Below the pieces are notes generated by a model, which saw only the letters and a program-made list of their open reading frames with translations, did not search any database and had not been told where the DNA came from. From Octopus sinensis (lineage: Eukaryota), in assembly GCF_006345805.1 (NCBI RefSeq), contig NC_043001.1:126728001-126792000 (forward strand): a stretch of DNA of 64,000 nucleotides, written 5' to 3'. Within the stretch, counting starts at the first letter, position 1. The number at the start of each line of letters is the position of its first letter. Both the position numbers and the translations under genes were made by a program. Shown here piece after piece: positions 63,609 through 64,000 of this stretch.

Positions 63609-64000
63609 TTAATTTAATTTTGTTTCTCCATTTATATCTTAATCTTTCGTTTGTTCGTCAAAATAGGAAAGAAGTTCTGGCCGGCAATCAATCAGATGAG
63701 GACTGGTTTAAGGATGTGTTTACTTTCATTGAAGAATCTTGCTGAATCTGAAATGCATAGAGATAAATAAGTTTTTGAATTATATTGTAAAAACCGTGGG
63801 GCAATATGTTGGAAGAGGTCATTAAACGACAAGCAAAGTACTTTTACATTTCCAATCGGAAGAGATACTAATCGTCAAAATTCTAGAATCGTCGAATTCG
63901 TCTTTTATCGTTAAGTGGTCGAAAAATAATTACCAATTAAATACAGAGTTCTATTTAAACGACTACACACTTCTTAAACGATTATTCTTATGTCTATATA

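Overview
AT-rich, repeat-dominated animal DNA with no confidently identifiable host gene, rRNA, true tRNA or CRISPR array. There is one 100-N gap at 24818-24917. The SINE families and the dense TA/CA/TATG microsatellites suggest an octopus genome; this is inferred from recalled repeat sequences, not from a search. The window holds about 15 tRNA-headed SINE copies, LINE remnants of four clades (CR1/L2-like, RTE, R4/Dong-like, HERO-like), two mariners, one Tc1, one hAT, two Helitron-like elements and several Penelope-like element (PLE) pieces. One PLE is nearly full length, with RT and GIY-YIG domains and ~1.6-kb inverted arms (13524-18875). The main hidden signal is RNA structure. At least seven well-formed minimal type I hammerhead ribozyme (HHR) motifs with short, mostly palindromic stem III occur, plus several decayed ones. 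Their cores include CCGANGA in three unrelated sequence contexts and a compensated U3-A8 variant. Many sit in head-to-head fold-back structures. The best candidate for an undescribed system is a 3.36-kb non-coding element (50152-53513): a higher-order satellite array bracketed by ~205-bp inverted repeats, each carrying a canonical-core hammerhead. Nearly all long ORFs in the ORF track are microsatellite or satellite artefacts.
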